Part shown: piece after piece, positions 25,403-38,362 of the stretch
Numbering within the stretch: the first letter of the stretch is position 1
Layout of the letters: each line of letters begins with the position of its first letter
Origin: Eledone cirrhosa
Lineage: Eukaryota
NCBI GenBank assembly: GCA_964016885.1
Contig: OZ024749.1
Span: 1,612,001 to 1,676,000 of the forward strand
Length of the DNA stretch: 64,000 nt
Direction of reading: 5' to 3'
The notes under the pieces: model-generated
The model's database searches: none
The model's input: only the letters and a program-made list of their open reading frames with translations
Told to the model about the DNA's origin: nothing
Position numbers and translations under genes: made by a program

Positions 25403-26107
25403 ACTGCTCTGTAAATCATCTGATGTTTTTACATTGAGCTACTTAACTTACTGGTAATAAGGTAGTAATACATTACTGCCTACCACTATTTAGGGTGTGT
25501 GTAAAATACTTACAACTGCTTAAGGTTTTGTGTTTACATAACCATAAATAGTATAACTAATACTATATTTATATATATATATTTATATTTATATATATAT
25601 ATCATCATCATCATCATCGTTTAACGTCCATGTTCCACGCTTGCATGGGTTTGGACGGGAGTTTTCCCACTTGAGGCAAGAGTGGTTGTCATTGCTCGCA
25701 TAGGACTGTCTGGCGGGTTTTCTACAGCTGGATGCCCTTCCTAACACCAACCACATTTACAGTGTGGGACTGGGAGGTTTTTATCGTGTTGCCTACACGG
25801 CCACATTACATATATATATATTTATATATATATATATATCTATATATATATTTATATATATTTATATATATATTTATATATATGTATATATTGTTTGGTT
25901 GAGAGGGGGGAACTGCCTAGGCGAATTTCGTTGAACTCTGTGATAGCTAATGGTCAATTTCCTTCGGACCTGCGCCTGCGCAGACCGGTGGGGGTGAATC
26001 AGTACTCACAAGGGAACGGACGAAGAACCCAAGAGCACACACTTTGTCCGTTCTCATGTCTATTCAATTTTTGATTGCCTCGGAAACATAACCTTATTAT
26101 GTAACAA

Positions 26108-26180
26108 GCTGTCTGACGATGTCGCGACATTGCCGTACGGAACATTGTGGCCACTGTCGCCATTGAAATATATATCACTG
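26108..26180 (+). ncRNA. Hammerhead motif with weak stem I
   Basis: GT-CTGACGA-TGtcGCGACA...TGTCGCCAtt-GAAAT-ATAT-ATC-AC. Confidence 0.5.
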
Positions 26181-26549
26181 TATTATTATTAGGCGGTGGA
26201 TTGGCAGTATCGGTAGAGGGTCGGACGCCATGCCTTGACGCAAAGAGTTACGGCCCTTGTCATTCTGAATTCAAATCCCGCCGAGGTTAACTTTGCCTTT
26301 CATCCTTACGGGGTCGATAAAATAAAGTACCAGTAATGTAATGAGTAATTGCTGGACTTGTGCCAATAGTAGAAACAATTATTATTAAAGGACTTGAACA
26401 TCTGAAATTACTTCGCTTTTCCTTATTCGATATTTACTCCGTCACTCCTATGTGGAATAAGTACGTTGATTGCTTGAATTGAATTGCATCAATGTTTATC
26501 TTAGGAATATATATATATTTATATATATATATTTATATATATATATATT

Positions 26550-27429
26550 TCATCATCAACGTTTAACGTCCGTGTTCCACGCTTGCATGGGTTTGGACGG
26601 GGGTTTTCCCACTTGAGGCAAGAGTGATTGTCTTGCTCGCATAGGACTGTCTGGCAGGTTTTCTACAGTTGGATGCCCTTCCTAACAACAACCACATTTA
26701 CAGTGTGGGTCTGGGAGGTTTTTACCGTGTTGCCTACACGGCCACATTACAGCGTGGACTGTGTGTTTTTTGTTGTGACACCTACATGATCTCATTTGTT
26801 TCGGCCTGGATGGTGTGCACCAACATAACATTACATAGAAGGGGGCGGTGTGGATGGGGTGGGGGTGGTGGGACGGGAGTGTATTTTGTTAGAGATGCCT
26901 ACTGACTGTAGTAGGTTTTACTTTGTATTTAGGTAAGGCGGGTCTTCTCTATTACTTAGTACCGCCAAAGGTCTCGGTCCAGTGACATTGTCTTGGTGAG
27001 GTGTAAGTGTGTGAGGTCGGAGTTTATCAGCTCGTCCCAGGTTTTTCTGGGTCTGCCTATTCCGTGGCTACCGTCTATCTTTATTGCCCTGCACTTTGTT
27101 ATACAGCTATCGTCCTTCATGCGCATCACGTGACCATACCAATGTAGCCTTCTCTCTAGTAAACAACATCTGATCCCTCTTATTTCTAATTTTTTCCTTA
27201 GTTCGTTTATGCTTTGTCGTTCACGTATATTACTATTACACATCCAGCGGAGCATGCAAGATTCGTTTCTCTCTAGTCTGCGTATATCCTCTGCACACAA
27301 TGCCCAGGTCTCACTGCCATGCAACATTGCTGTTCGTATGCAGGCATCGTACAGCCTGCCTTTCATTTTTAGGGAGAACCCTTTAGCGGCTAATAGTGGT
27401 ATAAGCTCTCTGAACTTTTTCCACCCAGT
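26550..27429 (-). mobile_element. RTE LINE family A 3' copy; a short tail-only copy lies at ~25603-25812
   Basis: ORF 26956-27555: [12 protein letters not shown]...GRPRKTWDELINSDL. Confidence 0.9.
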
Positions 27430-28097
27430 TATATATATATATTTATTTATACACAGAGGTATCCACTGTAAGTTGTGGGGTCTATTCTGTATGAAGAACT
27501 CAATGTAATCCATACGTTGAAAATGTTGTAGGTTAAGTGTAATTTCAGAAAACAATAAAACATTAAAAGGAAAACAGTCATGATATAAGTTAAAACAATG
27601 AAATAAAAAATCAAGTCATCAGAGATATACTTCACTGCTTTACGTGATGATAATACATTGTATCTATACTCAGTTATTGATCTATGTAAGTTTACAAACT
27701 ATCAGATAGAGAGAATATTTACTTACATGCATATCACCAGCTGTTTTCAAAAGCAATAATAATTTTATTGAATAATAATTTTACACAGAATTAGTATCAT
27801 GTCCATATTTGGAGGTAGTTGAAGAACTAATGAATCAAATTGTTTTTTTCATATGGTGTTAAGATGAAAAGTAATACACTTGAGTTGAGGTCATGACCCT
27901 TTGAAAGGAATGGTTGAAAGGTGTTAGTAGTGAAATGGCATAAAAATCTTAGGAAAGAAGGGGATTGTCAAACTGATAGTTGAATGTATCTTGTATAGTG
28001 AATTTAAAAGGAATGTCAAAATAAATGGTGATTAGTGTTGTATTGAGTTTTAAGGTGAATATAAATTAATGTTATGGCTAGTATATATATATATATA

Positions 28098-29202
28098 CTA
28101 GCAGAGGTACCCGGCATTGCTCGGGTATTAAATAGCAGTTATGTATACCATTTATGTCAATACTTCAGTGCTGCTTCGAAAACTATACTTTTACAAAATC
28201 ATCGGCTTTTTCCAAAAGGGGATTCCTGCTCCCAGGTGTCCCCTACTCAATGTGTGCCAATTCTGAGAGTTCACATTCATCTGTAGGACAAACGTAGCCC
28301 ATGTATCAAGTTTTGTGAAAATCGGTTGCGAACTCCAGAAGTTATGACGTTTTGTTGCATTGCACTGAAGTGCTTCAGTCGACTCCAAGGAAGTGGTTAA
28401 AGGGGTTATCTGCCGGGAGGCCCTATAATCAATATCTGGCAAAATGAATGCCCATGACCATCCGGAGTACATAAGTAACCTATGTCTTAAGTTTGGTGAA
28501 AATACTGTAGAAATGCATAAGGCTTACACACACGCGCGTGCGCACACGTGAGTATGTATATGTATGTGTATGTCCGCCGGTGCATACGTATGTACTGGCC
28601 TAAATCTTCACTATTTACTTTTACTATGTTAAGGCAAAGTTAAAATCCCGTCGAGGTTAACTTTGCCTTTCATCCTTACGGGGTCGATAAAATAAAGTAC
28701 CAGTAATGTACTGGGTAATTGCTGGCCTTGTGCCAAAAGTGGAAACAACTATTTTAATAACCTGTCATTTTTGTTTACAATTTTATTTACATCATTCTTA
28801 AACTCCGGGTCTGGAAATCATTCGGTTATTTTAAATAGAATATTAGTCTAACGACTCCATTTACACCGTAAACTTGGTCCTGTCTTTGCATGAAATTGTT
28901 CTTCTCGCTCCACCGCGTCGTTTATACGTAACATAAATAGATAAACAAATGATGCCATAAAAGGGAAATAACTCGTCTCTCATCTCTATTTATACATTTG
29001 AACTGAAAAATCAATACATTACAAATTCGATCTTTGCACTTGGCGTTGGTCGATTTGAAATAAATTTTTTGATCAATGTCTCCGCCAGACCTTCATCTAT
29101 AAGTGTAGCAATTTCACCGAAATTTGAACGTACGGTTTAGGAGGAGATGTGTGCCGACCGTTTTAGTAGACGGACAGACAACCTCAGTTTTATATATATA
29201 GA
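28098..29202 (-). mobile_element. Non-autonomous Helitron with a nested SINE fragment
   Basis: Minus-strand 5' end TCTATATATATAAAAC; 3' hairpin ACCCGAGCAATGCCGGGT followed by CTAG. Confidence 0.75.
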
Positions 29203-29745
29203 CTAGCAGAAAACCACCCGGTGGGCAGTTTTCTGCTAGCAAATCTAGTGTATATACTGATATTGTTGAGATTTGGATGAGAAATGTTTTCGACACCACA
29301 TGTTCACCGTCTCTTGGTGTGTCTTTTATGCATGTATAAAAATATATGTTATCTATACGGTGAAATCTTTGAAATAAATATATGTTAAAACGAAAAAGGA
29401 GAAAAAGAGATTACTGACGGAAATATAAACGTTATGATACATAAACGTTATGATATAACGATGGAAGTATATCTTCAAATGGTCCTTGGCATGGTGTCAA
29501 GTCAGAACCGCCTCGAACTGGTTACTTCTGGCTTGTGCAAGATGTCTCTATAGCAACCAGCGATTCCCTCGGCCTCAGTGACCAAAGTCAGTGGAGAGGG
29601 GAAGGTAATGTTTCTATAGCGACAGTGTTTCTCTTGGTAGTACCAAAGTGGAGAAAGGAAGGGGAAGGTCATATTTCTGTAGCACCTACATTTGAGTTTT
29701 AGGGAAGGACAGACAGACAGACAAACAGAGAAATGCCCATATATT
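29203..29745 (-). mobile_element. Second Helitron-like element abutting the first
   Basis: Its 3' hairpin and CTAG are joined directly to the TC of element 28098-29202. The (CTGT)n subterminal repeat is near 29710; the 5' end is blurred by a minisatellite. Confidence 0.55.
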
Positions 29746-29966
29746 TCTGTGTGTGTATATATATATATATATATATTACACACAAAGAAATGTATATATA
29801 TTTCTGTGTGTGTGTATATATATATATATTACACACACAGAAATGTATATATATTTCTGTGTGTATATATATATATTTCTGTGTGTGTATATATATATAT
29901 TACACACACAGAAATGTATATATATTTCTGTGTGTATATATATTTCTGTGTATATATATATATATA

Positions 29967-31067
29967 CTAGCAGTAAAGCCCGGCGTTGCTCGGGGTCGCT
30001 CAGTAGCTGTGTTAAAGTTACAATGTTAAGTTTCTTTCTTGGCTTAAAAACTGTAGTGTCTACTGTGCAGACTTGCATGTGGTGTTTTTGATTAATATTC
30101 CCTCAACCAACAATATGCCTTATGAAGTTAAGAAAACATAACGATAACCCGAATGTTATAACAAAAGAGGATGCTGGGGATAGAAACTGCACTGGTTATT
30201 TATTAACAAAGATCGAAAATGTAAACACTGCAACGCAGAGAAAAACATTAGCGTAACCAAATTATCAGTTATGTCTGTCTGCACGCCTATATCACCTCTC
30301 TGCACGACTGTCTGTCTGCACGCCTATATCACCTCTCTGCACGACTGTCTGTCTGCACGCCTATATCACCTCTCTGCACGACTGTCAGTCTGCACGCCTA
30401 TATCACCTCTCTGCACGACTGTCTGTCTGCACGCCTATATCACCTCTCTGCACGACTGTCTGTCTGCACGCGTATATCACCTCTCTGCACGACTGTCTGT
30501 CTGCATGCCTATATCACCTCTCTGCACGACTGTCTGTCTGCACGCGTATATCACCTCTCTGCACGACTGTCTGTCTGCACGACTGTCTGTCTGCACGCCT
30601 AACGACGAAATATTTGCTTGTTTTACGTAGTCTTTAAATAGACTTGTTTTCAAGTAAAAATATTGTTTTAAAATGCTTTTAAATGGAAATGAAGCAAAAC
30701 GGAAGCTTAGTGTTCGAACTGATGAATTTTGCAGGTCAATATTTTGCTGGCTCGACAACTGTCTGTTCGTGTATTGTGTTAATGTCATTTTAAACGCTGA
30801 GAAAGCCAGCGTAATTTTTTACGTAAGACGCTCAATGTAAACAGAACAAAGGGAAATAACTGATAACTTACGCTCAAAAATCGATACATTATATTCGATT
30901 TCGTCACATAGGGCGGGTCAATTTGAAATTTTTTTTTTTCCGATGTCTTCGCTAGGGCTCAATGTACAAGTATAGCAATTTCGGTGCAATTCCGTGAGAG
31001 ATTCTAAGAGGAGATGTGTGCCAAAAATCGATAGACAGACAGACAACCACAGTTTTATATATATAGA
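29967..31067 (-). mobile_element. Non-autonomous Helitron inserted at A|T without TSD; contains a 37-bp minisatellite (30272-30600)
   Basis: TC...hairpin CCCGAGCAACGCCGGG...CTAG. The flanks rejoin the host TATATA|TTACACACACAGAAATG repeat. Confidence 0.82.
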
Positions 31068-31672
31068 TTACACACACAGAAATGTATATATATTTCTTAG
31101 AACAAAATTATTATTAATGTTTTTCTGTTCATAACAATTGGAATTGAAAAATTACTTTTGAAATTATTAGTTATTTTACTAATGCTTAGATATGTAAAAA
31201 TGAAGCAATGTTTCTAATAATTGTTTCTACTTTTGGCACAAGGCCAGCAATTACCCAGTACATTACTGGTACTTTATTTTATCGACCCCGTGAGGATGAA
31301 AGGCGGTATTTGAACTCAGACCGTAAAGGGACGTAACTCCATGCTATGAAGCATGGTGTCCGACTCTCTACAGATTCTGCCAATCCACCGCTCTGTCTGT
31401 ACGTAATGAGGGAGTGAGAGGGGAGAGAAAGAAAGGCAGAGGTGAAGTGATGAAGTGACTCTCTCCTCCTCCTCCATCTCCCCATTCGTCACAGCGATAG
31501 AGGGGAGGAATGTTAGTGTGTTACAAAGAGAAAGAGTGAGAGAAACAGACAGACTAAAAGAGAGGGATAGCTGGAGAGAGAGAGAGATAGCAACCACGCG
31601 CGCACGTGTTTCCACTGTCGGACAGACAGACAGACAGAGAAATTGCTCGTTATATATTATAAGGAGATATAT

Positions 31673-31972
31673 ATAATATAAAATCAAAAGATGGTTAAAA
31701 GAGTTCCATGTATTTTATTATGCGCATTTCAAAAACAAATATCATCATGAGATATTTGCGTTCTCATCAGATAAAATAGGGAGGCATGATATGAAGCTTA
31801 AAAAACACTTGCGAGCAGTGAAGTGTTAAATCAACATGTTTTTTTAAGCTTCATATCATGTCTCCCTATTTTATCTGATGAGAACGCAAATATCTCATGA
31901 TGATATTTGTTTCTGAAATGCGCATAATAAAATACATGGAACTCTTTTAACCATCTTTTGATTTTATATTAT
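31673..31972. repeat. Inverted repeat, ~135-bp arms with ~29-nt spacer; each arm holds a complete hammerhead
   Basis: 31673-31807 versus 31837-31972, with 2-3 differences. Confidence 0.9.
31867..31934 (+). ncRNA. Type I hammerhead ribozyme with canonical core; antisense copy at 31711-31778
   Basis: TATTTTAT-CTGATGA-GAAcGCAAATATC...GATATTTGTTTCt-GAAAT-GCGC-ATA-ATAAAATA; 8-bp stem I and palindromic stem III. Confidence 0.8.
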
Positions 31973-32055
31973 TTATATTCCAATCCTATAAACTGTTGAG
32001 TGCTACTTATCCGATATTTGCATTGCTTTATTGTGCTACAATAAAACTCACCTAC

Positions 32056-32120
<65 letters not shown>

Positions 32121-32127
32121 TTATATA

Positions 32128-32374
32128 TCAGGTAAAAGTACCACAGACACTCTTTTTCTTGTACAACAACTACAGGAGAAGTACCTAGCTAAAAGTAAAC
32201 CCCTCTACTTAGCTTGTTGACTTGGAGAAAGCATTTGACAGAGTCCCCTGCTCTATTATCTGGTGGGCCCTTAGAAAACTAGGTGTAGATGAATGGCTTG
32301 AGAGAGCTATACAAGCCATGTATAAAGAAACAGTCAGGAAGGTTAGAATTAACAATGAATATAGTGAAGAATTT
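32128..32374 (+). mobile_element. RTE RT fragment
   Basis: [28 protein letters not shown]...EKAFDRVP-SIIWWALRKLGVDEW. Confidence 0.85.
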
Positions 32375-33765
32375 CGGCCACAAGGAGAGGCTCAAATACA
32401 TACCAGATACAGGCAACAACACACCTAACGACAACACCACCACCCACACCTATAAAAATAGACAACGAGCACCAGAAATAACTGAACCGAATACTAATAT
32501 AGGGATCCCTAAGAACTATAGAAAATCCAGAGACAGGAAATACTTATGGTTCAATCCAATATTCAACTCCTCTATAAAAACCAAACTACCTTCTACATTC
32601 TTTAAGCTAATCGACAAACACTTCCCTAAACTTGACAAATACCATAAAATCTTTAACAGAAAAACTATCAAACTGTCTTAAATCTTCAGCCAACATAGAA
32701 TCACACATACATAAAATTAACTATAGAAGAATCTCTAATGAAAATAGCCTACAAACAAACACCATAACACCAAATACAAAACACAAACACACAACATCAC
32801 ACACACATCAGAACGCATCACAACAAAACATCAATAAGCCTAAATCTCAGCCCATACACAACAACATACAAAACCGCATCGTTGAACCGGCACATAGGAA
32901 GGCCTCAAAATGTAACTTACCGGATAAGTGCCACTACAAAATAGATGCCTGGAGTCAAATATAGTGTACCTGTGTTCTATAAATTCGGGCAACTTAGCAT
33001 GGCACTACATAGGTTCTACGGCTGGGGAGTTAAAAAAAAGATGGCACGTCCACAGACATTCTATGAAGAACTGTAGACTAGTGAACACAACAACGCTGGC
33101 TAATAAAATCTGGCGGCTTAAGGATACAAACCAAGAATATGGGATTAGCTGGTCAAAATTATACAGAAATGAAATGTCCCACTGCGGACTTTGCAATATA
33201 GAGTTGTTCCATATTTTAAAGTATTACAAAATGCTGCTTAACAGCAAAATAGAACGGTCAATTTTCCGTAGGCATAAAGCAGCTACTAAATTCGCAAATT
33301 TCAAACTAACGTGATTCGATCCAACAATCCCATAATTCAAGCTGAACCACTTAGAGTCTATTATAATAACCCATTATTATTAACTGTCAATAAATCAACT
33401 AATAACTAAATCAACATCAAAACCTCCTAACCTTTCTTTCTTTCACTCTTTCCATAAATATATTTCACCTCTTCCATTATATCCTATCATGTTCTCTTCA
33501 CCTTTCACATAACTTCCAACTTATTAATTTATCCTTTATTTATCACTGTATTATTTCTTTCTAATATAACCTTCTGTAATTTAACCAATACATTTGTTTA
33601 TATTTAATATTTTCATATTTATACCATCACATCTTTATACTTACACACCACTATAACTTTAACCACCACCACCACAACTATTTTCAACAATCATATTATG
33701 TTCACTTTTTTCACACATATTTTCTTTACTTATTTTTTATCATCTTATTTCTAACTTATTTATTA

Positions 33766-34390
33766 CTAGCAGTGGTACCTGTCGTTGAACAGGATAAGGT
33801 ATTTTGGAACGCGGGTCACCAATAGACCTAATCGTGGAGAAACTGTATGCCTGGACAATATGTAAAGAAAATAAACCGAATACTCTGATGGCTGGATAAT
33901 CTTTAAGATTTTCCTCGATGAAGCAGGAAAAATGCAGGTTTTCACCTAATGTGGGCCCTAGGGGATCAAGAAAATGAATTTTTTTTATGTGCATAATATG
34001 CCTTGAAATTTCGGGAAAAATCAGCTAGACGTAACGCCTCCAAAAAGCCCTAAGAAGCTGAAAAAATGAAGTTTTTCACCTAATGCGGGCCCTAGGCCAT
34101 AAGAAAGTTGGATTTTCTTTGCTTACGGTATGAAGAAGAGACTGACTAATACATAGTTACAATTTCAAGGAAATCGGTCTACGTAACGCCTCAAAAAACA
34201 CCTAAAAATGCTAAATCGCCTAATGTGGTTCCTAGGGCATTGAAAATTTGAAATTTTTTTTGCTCAGAACACTCCCTGAAACATAAGTATTACATGTGTA
34301 AAGTTTGAAAACAGTCAGTTGGGTAGTTCTCGAGTTTTAGGGATTCGAACTCAACACACACACAGACATCCTCAGTTTTATATATATAGA
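33766..34390 (-). mobile_element. Non-autonomous Helitron nested in the PLE 3' UTR
   Basis: A|CTAG...hairpin CCTGTCGTTGAACAGG...TTTTATATATATAGA|T; no TSD. Confidence 0.78.
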
Positions 34391-34577
34391 TTATTTATTT
34401 ATTATTGTTTCTTTTTTCTTTTTCTCTTTTTCTTTTTCTCTTTTTCTTTTTCTCTTTTTCTTTTTCTCTTTTTCTTTTTCTCTTTTTCTTTTTTCTTTTT
34501 TTCTTCTTCTTTCTTTATTATTGATGTTGTGATTTGAATTCTCCTAGTATATTACAAACGTTGTGTATAATTTTAAT

Positions 34578-34688
34578 CAGTTATTCCGATGATTTGATTA
34601 GGCATGCATGTATTTAAAATTGAGTGACACAACTTCAAGTGATTAGCAATTTTTAGACACCCTAATCATGAAACAATTGTTAATACTG
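34578..34688 (+). ncRNA. Type I hammerhead (U4C variant, long stem II loop)
   Basis: CAGTtATT-CCGATGA-ttTGATTAGG...CCTAATCAt-GAAAC-AATT-GTT-AATACTG, then AATAAA. Confidence 0.68.
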
Positions 34689-34900
34689 TAAATAAAACCC
34701 TTTTTGTACAGTTGACCATATTATTCTTCACTCTTTCACTATTATTACTCCAAGATTAACCTGCATAGGAATCCTCGCAAACTCACTACCTAACTAAGGA
34801 AACCTCTTGTTGAGTCAAACAACGCTGTACGTTAAAACTATCCACAATACAGAGTACTCACAACCTCTAACTGGTTTACCTATAACGATAATTTGTTATC

Positions 34901-34939
<39 letters not shown>

Positions 34940-35455
34940 AACAAGTAAGACCCCGACGGCTGAGCTCAAGCCGTTTCGACGGCTAATTCCGTGCGTTATG
35001 GTCCACCTGGTTCCTTACCACATTTCCTTCGTTATATATATATATATAGTTTTATTCTGAAGACTATCATACTGTAGTTTAATCCCCAACTTAAAAACTT
35101 GTATATTTATTTTGGTAGGATATTGAGAAACAACATAAAGAGATCCTTGAAAGTTATCACTCCCTTGAAAAGGAACTTTCTTCAGTGAAAAGTATAAAAA
35201 AAGTAAGTATCCTCCGCTTAATTTTCTCAACTAAAATTTTATCAGTGATAGATTGTTATTATAGTTGCTTACATATTGGCTGCTGTCCCAACCTCGGTCC
35301 CAGAACTTTTGTTTTCTCCTGCAAAATCTGGAGGAATGTCTCGCATATGAGGAAGTTTTCACTGTGAGATAGAGTGGCTGATATAGTAGGTGTCACTGGC
35401 TGTTCTTCATGGTAATGCCTTTGACATTTTGTCTGTACGGTGCAGCTTACATATA

Positions 35456-36865
35456 GAACCTAGACTGGGGTGTAGAGTCTGTCACTCCCTACCACAGCTG
35501 AGATATACCACCTAGACTGGGGTGTAGAGTCTGTCACTCCCTACCACAGCTGAGATATGCCACCTAGACTGGGGTGTAGAGTCTGTCACTCCCTACCACA
35601 GCTAAGATATACCACCTAGACTGGGGTGTTGAGTCTGTCACTTACAGCTGAGATATACCACCTAGACTGGGGTGTAGAGTCTGTCACTCCCTACCACAGC
35701 TGAGATATACCACCTAGACTGGGGTGTTGAGTCTGTCACTTACAGCTGAGATATACCACCTAGACTGGGGTGTAGAGTCTGTCACTCCCTACCACAGCTG
35801 AGATATACCACCTAGACTGGGGTGTAGAGTCTGTGACTCCCTACCACAGCTTAGATATACCACCTAGACTGGGGTGTAGAGTCTGTCACTCCCTACCACA
35901 GCTGAGATATACTACCTAGACTGGGGTGTAGAGTATTTCACACCCTACCACAGCTGAGATATGCCACCTAGACTGGGGTGTTGAGTCTGTCACTCCCTAC
36001 CACAGCTTAGATATACCACCTAGATTGGGGTGTAGAGTCTACCACTCCCTACCACAGCTGAGATATAACACCTAGACTGGGGTGTAGTCTGTGACTCCCT
36101 ACCACAGCTGAGATATGCCACCTAGACTGGGGTGTAGAGTCTACCACTCCCTACCACAGCTGAGATATGCCACCTAGACTGGGGTGTAGAGTATTTCACA
36201 CCCTACCACAGCTGAGATATACCACCTAGACTGGGGTGTAGAGTCTGTCACTCCCTACCACAGCTGAGATATACCACCTAGACTGGGGTATTGAGTCTGT
36301 CACTCCCTACCACAACTGAGATATACCACCTAGACTGGGGTGTAGAGTCTGTCACTCCCTACCACAGCTGAGATATACCACCTAGACTGGGGTGTAGAGT
36401 CTGTCACTCCCTACCACAGCTGAGATATACCACCTAGACTGGGGTGTAGAGTCTGTCACTCCCTACCACAGCTGAGATATGCCACCTAGACTGGGGTGTA
36501 GAGTCTGTCACTCCCTACCACAGCTGAGATATGCCACCTAGACTGGGGTGTAGTCTGTGACTCCCTACCACAGCTGAGATATGCCACCTAGACTGGGGTG
36601 TAGTCTGTGACTCCCTACCACAGCTGAGATATGCCACCTAGACTGGGGTGTAGAGTCTGTGACTCCCTACCACAGCTGAGATATGCCACCTAGACTGGGG
36701 TGTAGTCTACCACAGCTGAGATATACCACCAAGACTGGGGTGTAGAGTCTACCACTCCCTACCACAGCTGAGATATGCCACCTAGACTGGGGTGTAGAGT
36801 CTACTGCTCCCTACCACAGCTGAGGTATGCCACCTAGACCGGGGTATAGTCTGTCTCCCCCTACC
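35456..36865. repeat. 52-bp minisatellite, ~27 copies
   Basis: Unit CACCTAGACTGGGGTGTAGAGTCTGTCACTCCCTACCACAGCTGAGATATAC, with variants. Confidence 0.95.
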
Positions 36866-36949
36866 TGTTTCTCTTCCTTTCACTATTTAACTTTTTTCTT
36901 CGATTTCTTTTTCATTTTTTATATATATTTTTTCCTGTTGTCTTTCCAG

Positions 36950-37054
36950 GAACTTGACGAACAGAATGAATGTTTGCAGATGAAGAACGATACTTTATCT
37001 ACATCTTATCACTTCATACAGGAAGAGCAGGAGAAGATAGTCTTAGAGAACAAG
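36950..37054 (+). CDS. Internal coiled-coil exon (105 nt, phase 0-0) with GC donor
   Basis: Long pyrimidine tract, tctttccag|GAA CTT...AAC AAG|gcaagt; ELDEQNECLQMKNDTLSTSYHFIQEEQEKIVLENK. Confidence 0.82.
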
Positions 37055-38185
37055 GCAAGTTAGCAAGGAGGAAATGTATATACAAAAGGGATTTGTTTGG
37101 TTTAGGAATTTTAAAGCAGTAGTGCTGGTGCCATGAAACAAAGCACCCAGTACACCCTGTAAGCTGGTAGTTCTGGTGTCATGAAACAAAGCACCCAGTA
37201 CACCCAGTAAGGAGGTAGTGTTGGCCTACCCTGTAAGCGGGTAGTTCTAGTGCCATGAAACAAAGCACCCAATACACTCTGTAAGGTGGTATTGGTGGCC
37301 CACCCTGTGAGGTAGTAGTTCTGGTGCTATGAAGTAAAACACCTAGTCCACTCTGTAAGGTGGTAGTTTTGGTTCCATGACAAAAAGCTTCCAGTCCACC
37401 TTGTAAGATGATCATACTGCTACCACAAAAAAGTACCCATTTCACCATGTAAGATGGTAGTGCTGGTGCCATTAGAAAACACACCCAGTTCACTCCGTAA
37501 GGTGGTTGGTATTAAGAAGGGTATCCGGCTGTAGATAACCAAACCTGATATGGAGTGTACAAACAAGGCATGGTTACCTGACCTGTTTGGCCCCATAACA
37601 GCCCATCTATCCCATGGAAAATAGATGTTTTACAGTGATAATGAGGATGATGATGATGTAAACTTGCGTTATGGTATGAGCTGGGGATATAAATTTTAGT
37701 AGTTATTAATAAATTCAGTAAATATATGAGGATGTTGATAAGGATGATATAATGCCATCCTCTTTACAGAGTGTACTGGGTGTATATTGTGGCACCAACA
37801 CTAGGACAGTTGTCATGTCCTTGACTCAACTGAAGTGTCCTCTCAATCTTTTGTTTGGGTTGGTATCTAAAGCTGGATGCCCTTCGTAATGCCAACCACT
37901 AAAGAGTGTACTTTTTATTGTGGCACTAACACTAGGGAGGTTGGTGTGTCTGTGGCATGACTGGTAAGTCCCGTTAACCCTTTTTTGCCATTTATTATAT
38001 TTTAGAGGGCAGGGGATTGGCAGTATCAGTAGAGCGTCAGACACCATGCTTTTCGGCATAGTTTTGGCTCTTTACGTTCTGTTGCAAGGTTAGCTTTGAC
38101 TTTCATCCTTACAGGGGTCGATAAAATAAAATATATTAAAAACAACTATTAATTTTTATTTTCTTCAATCTTTGTCAACTTCCAG

Positions 38186-38362
38186 GAATTGAAAGACCAG
38201 ATCAATGTGTTAACCATAGCTCGTGATGAAGCTGTGATTTCTCTCAAAGAACTGAGGGAACATAGTACTGAGACGGAAAGCTTGAATTCAGAATTGGAAG
38301 CTTTGAACAAACAGTGTGAAGAACTTGAAGCAAAAGTTCAAAGTGCTGAATCAGAAAATGAA
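38186..38362 (+). CDS. Internal coiled-coil exon (177 nt, phase 0-0)
   Basis: cttccag|GAA TTG AAA...AAT GAA|gtaagt; ELKDQINVLTIARDEAVISLKELREH...AESENE. Confidence 0.9.

Larger units (their letters stand above)
32375..34900 (+). mobile_element. Penelope-like element of a second clade: linker, GIY-YIG, 3' UTR/pLTR, interrupted by a Helitron
   Basis: WFNPIFNSSIKT...FFKLIDKHFP...HKIFNRKTIKLS; CPLQNRCLESNIVY...YIGSTAGELKKRW-VH; hammerhead at 34578. Confidence 0.8.

Noticed and set aside
26391-26460. Possible exon (AG...GTACGT)
   Set aside because: 70 nt would break the frame between phase 0 exons, the acceptor comes from a SINE tail, and the peptide is not coiled-coil-like
35456-36865. Regular repeats superficially like a CRISPR array
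   Set aside because: Head-to-tail units with no unique spacers, no cas genes, and a eukaryotic context
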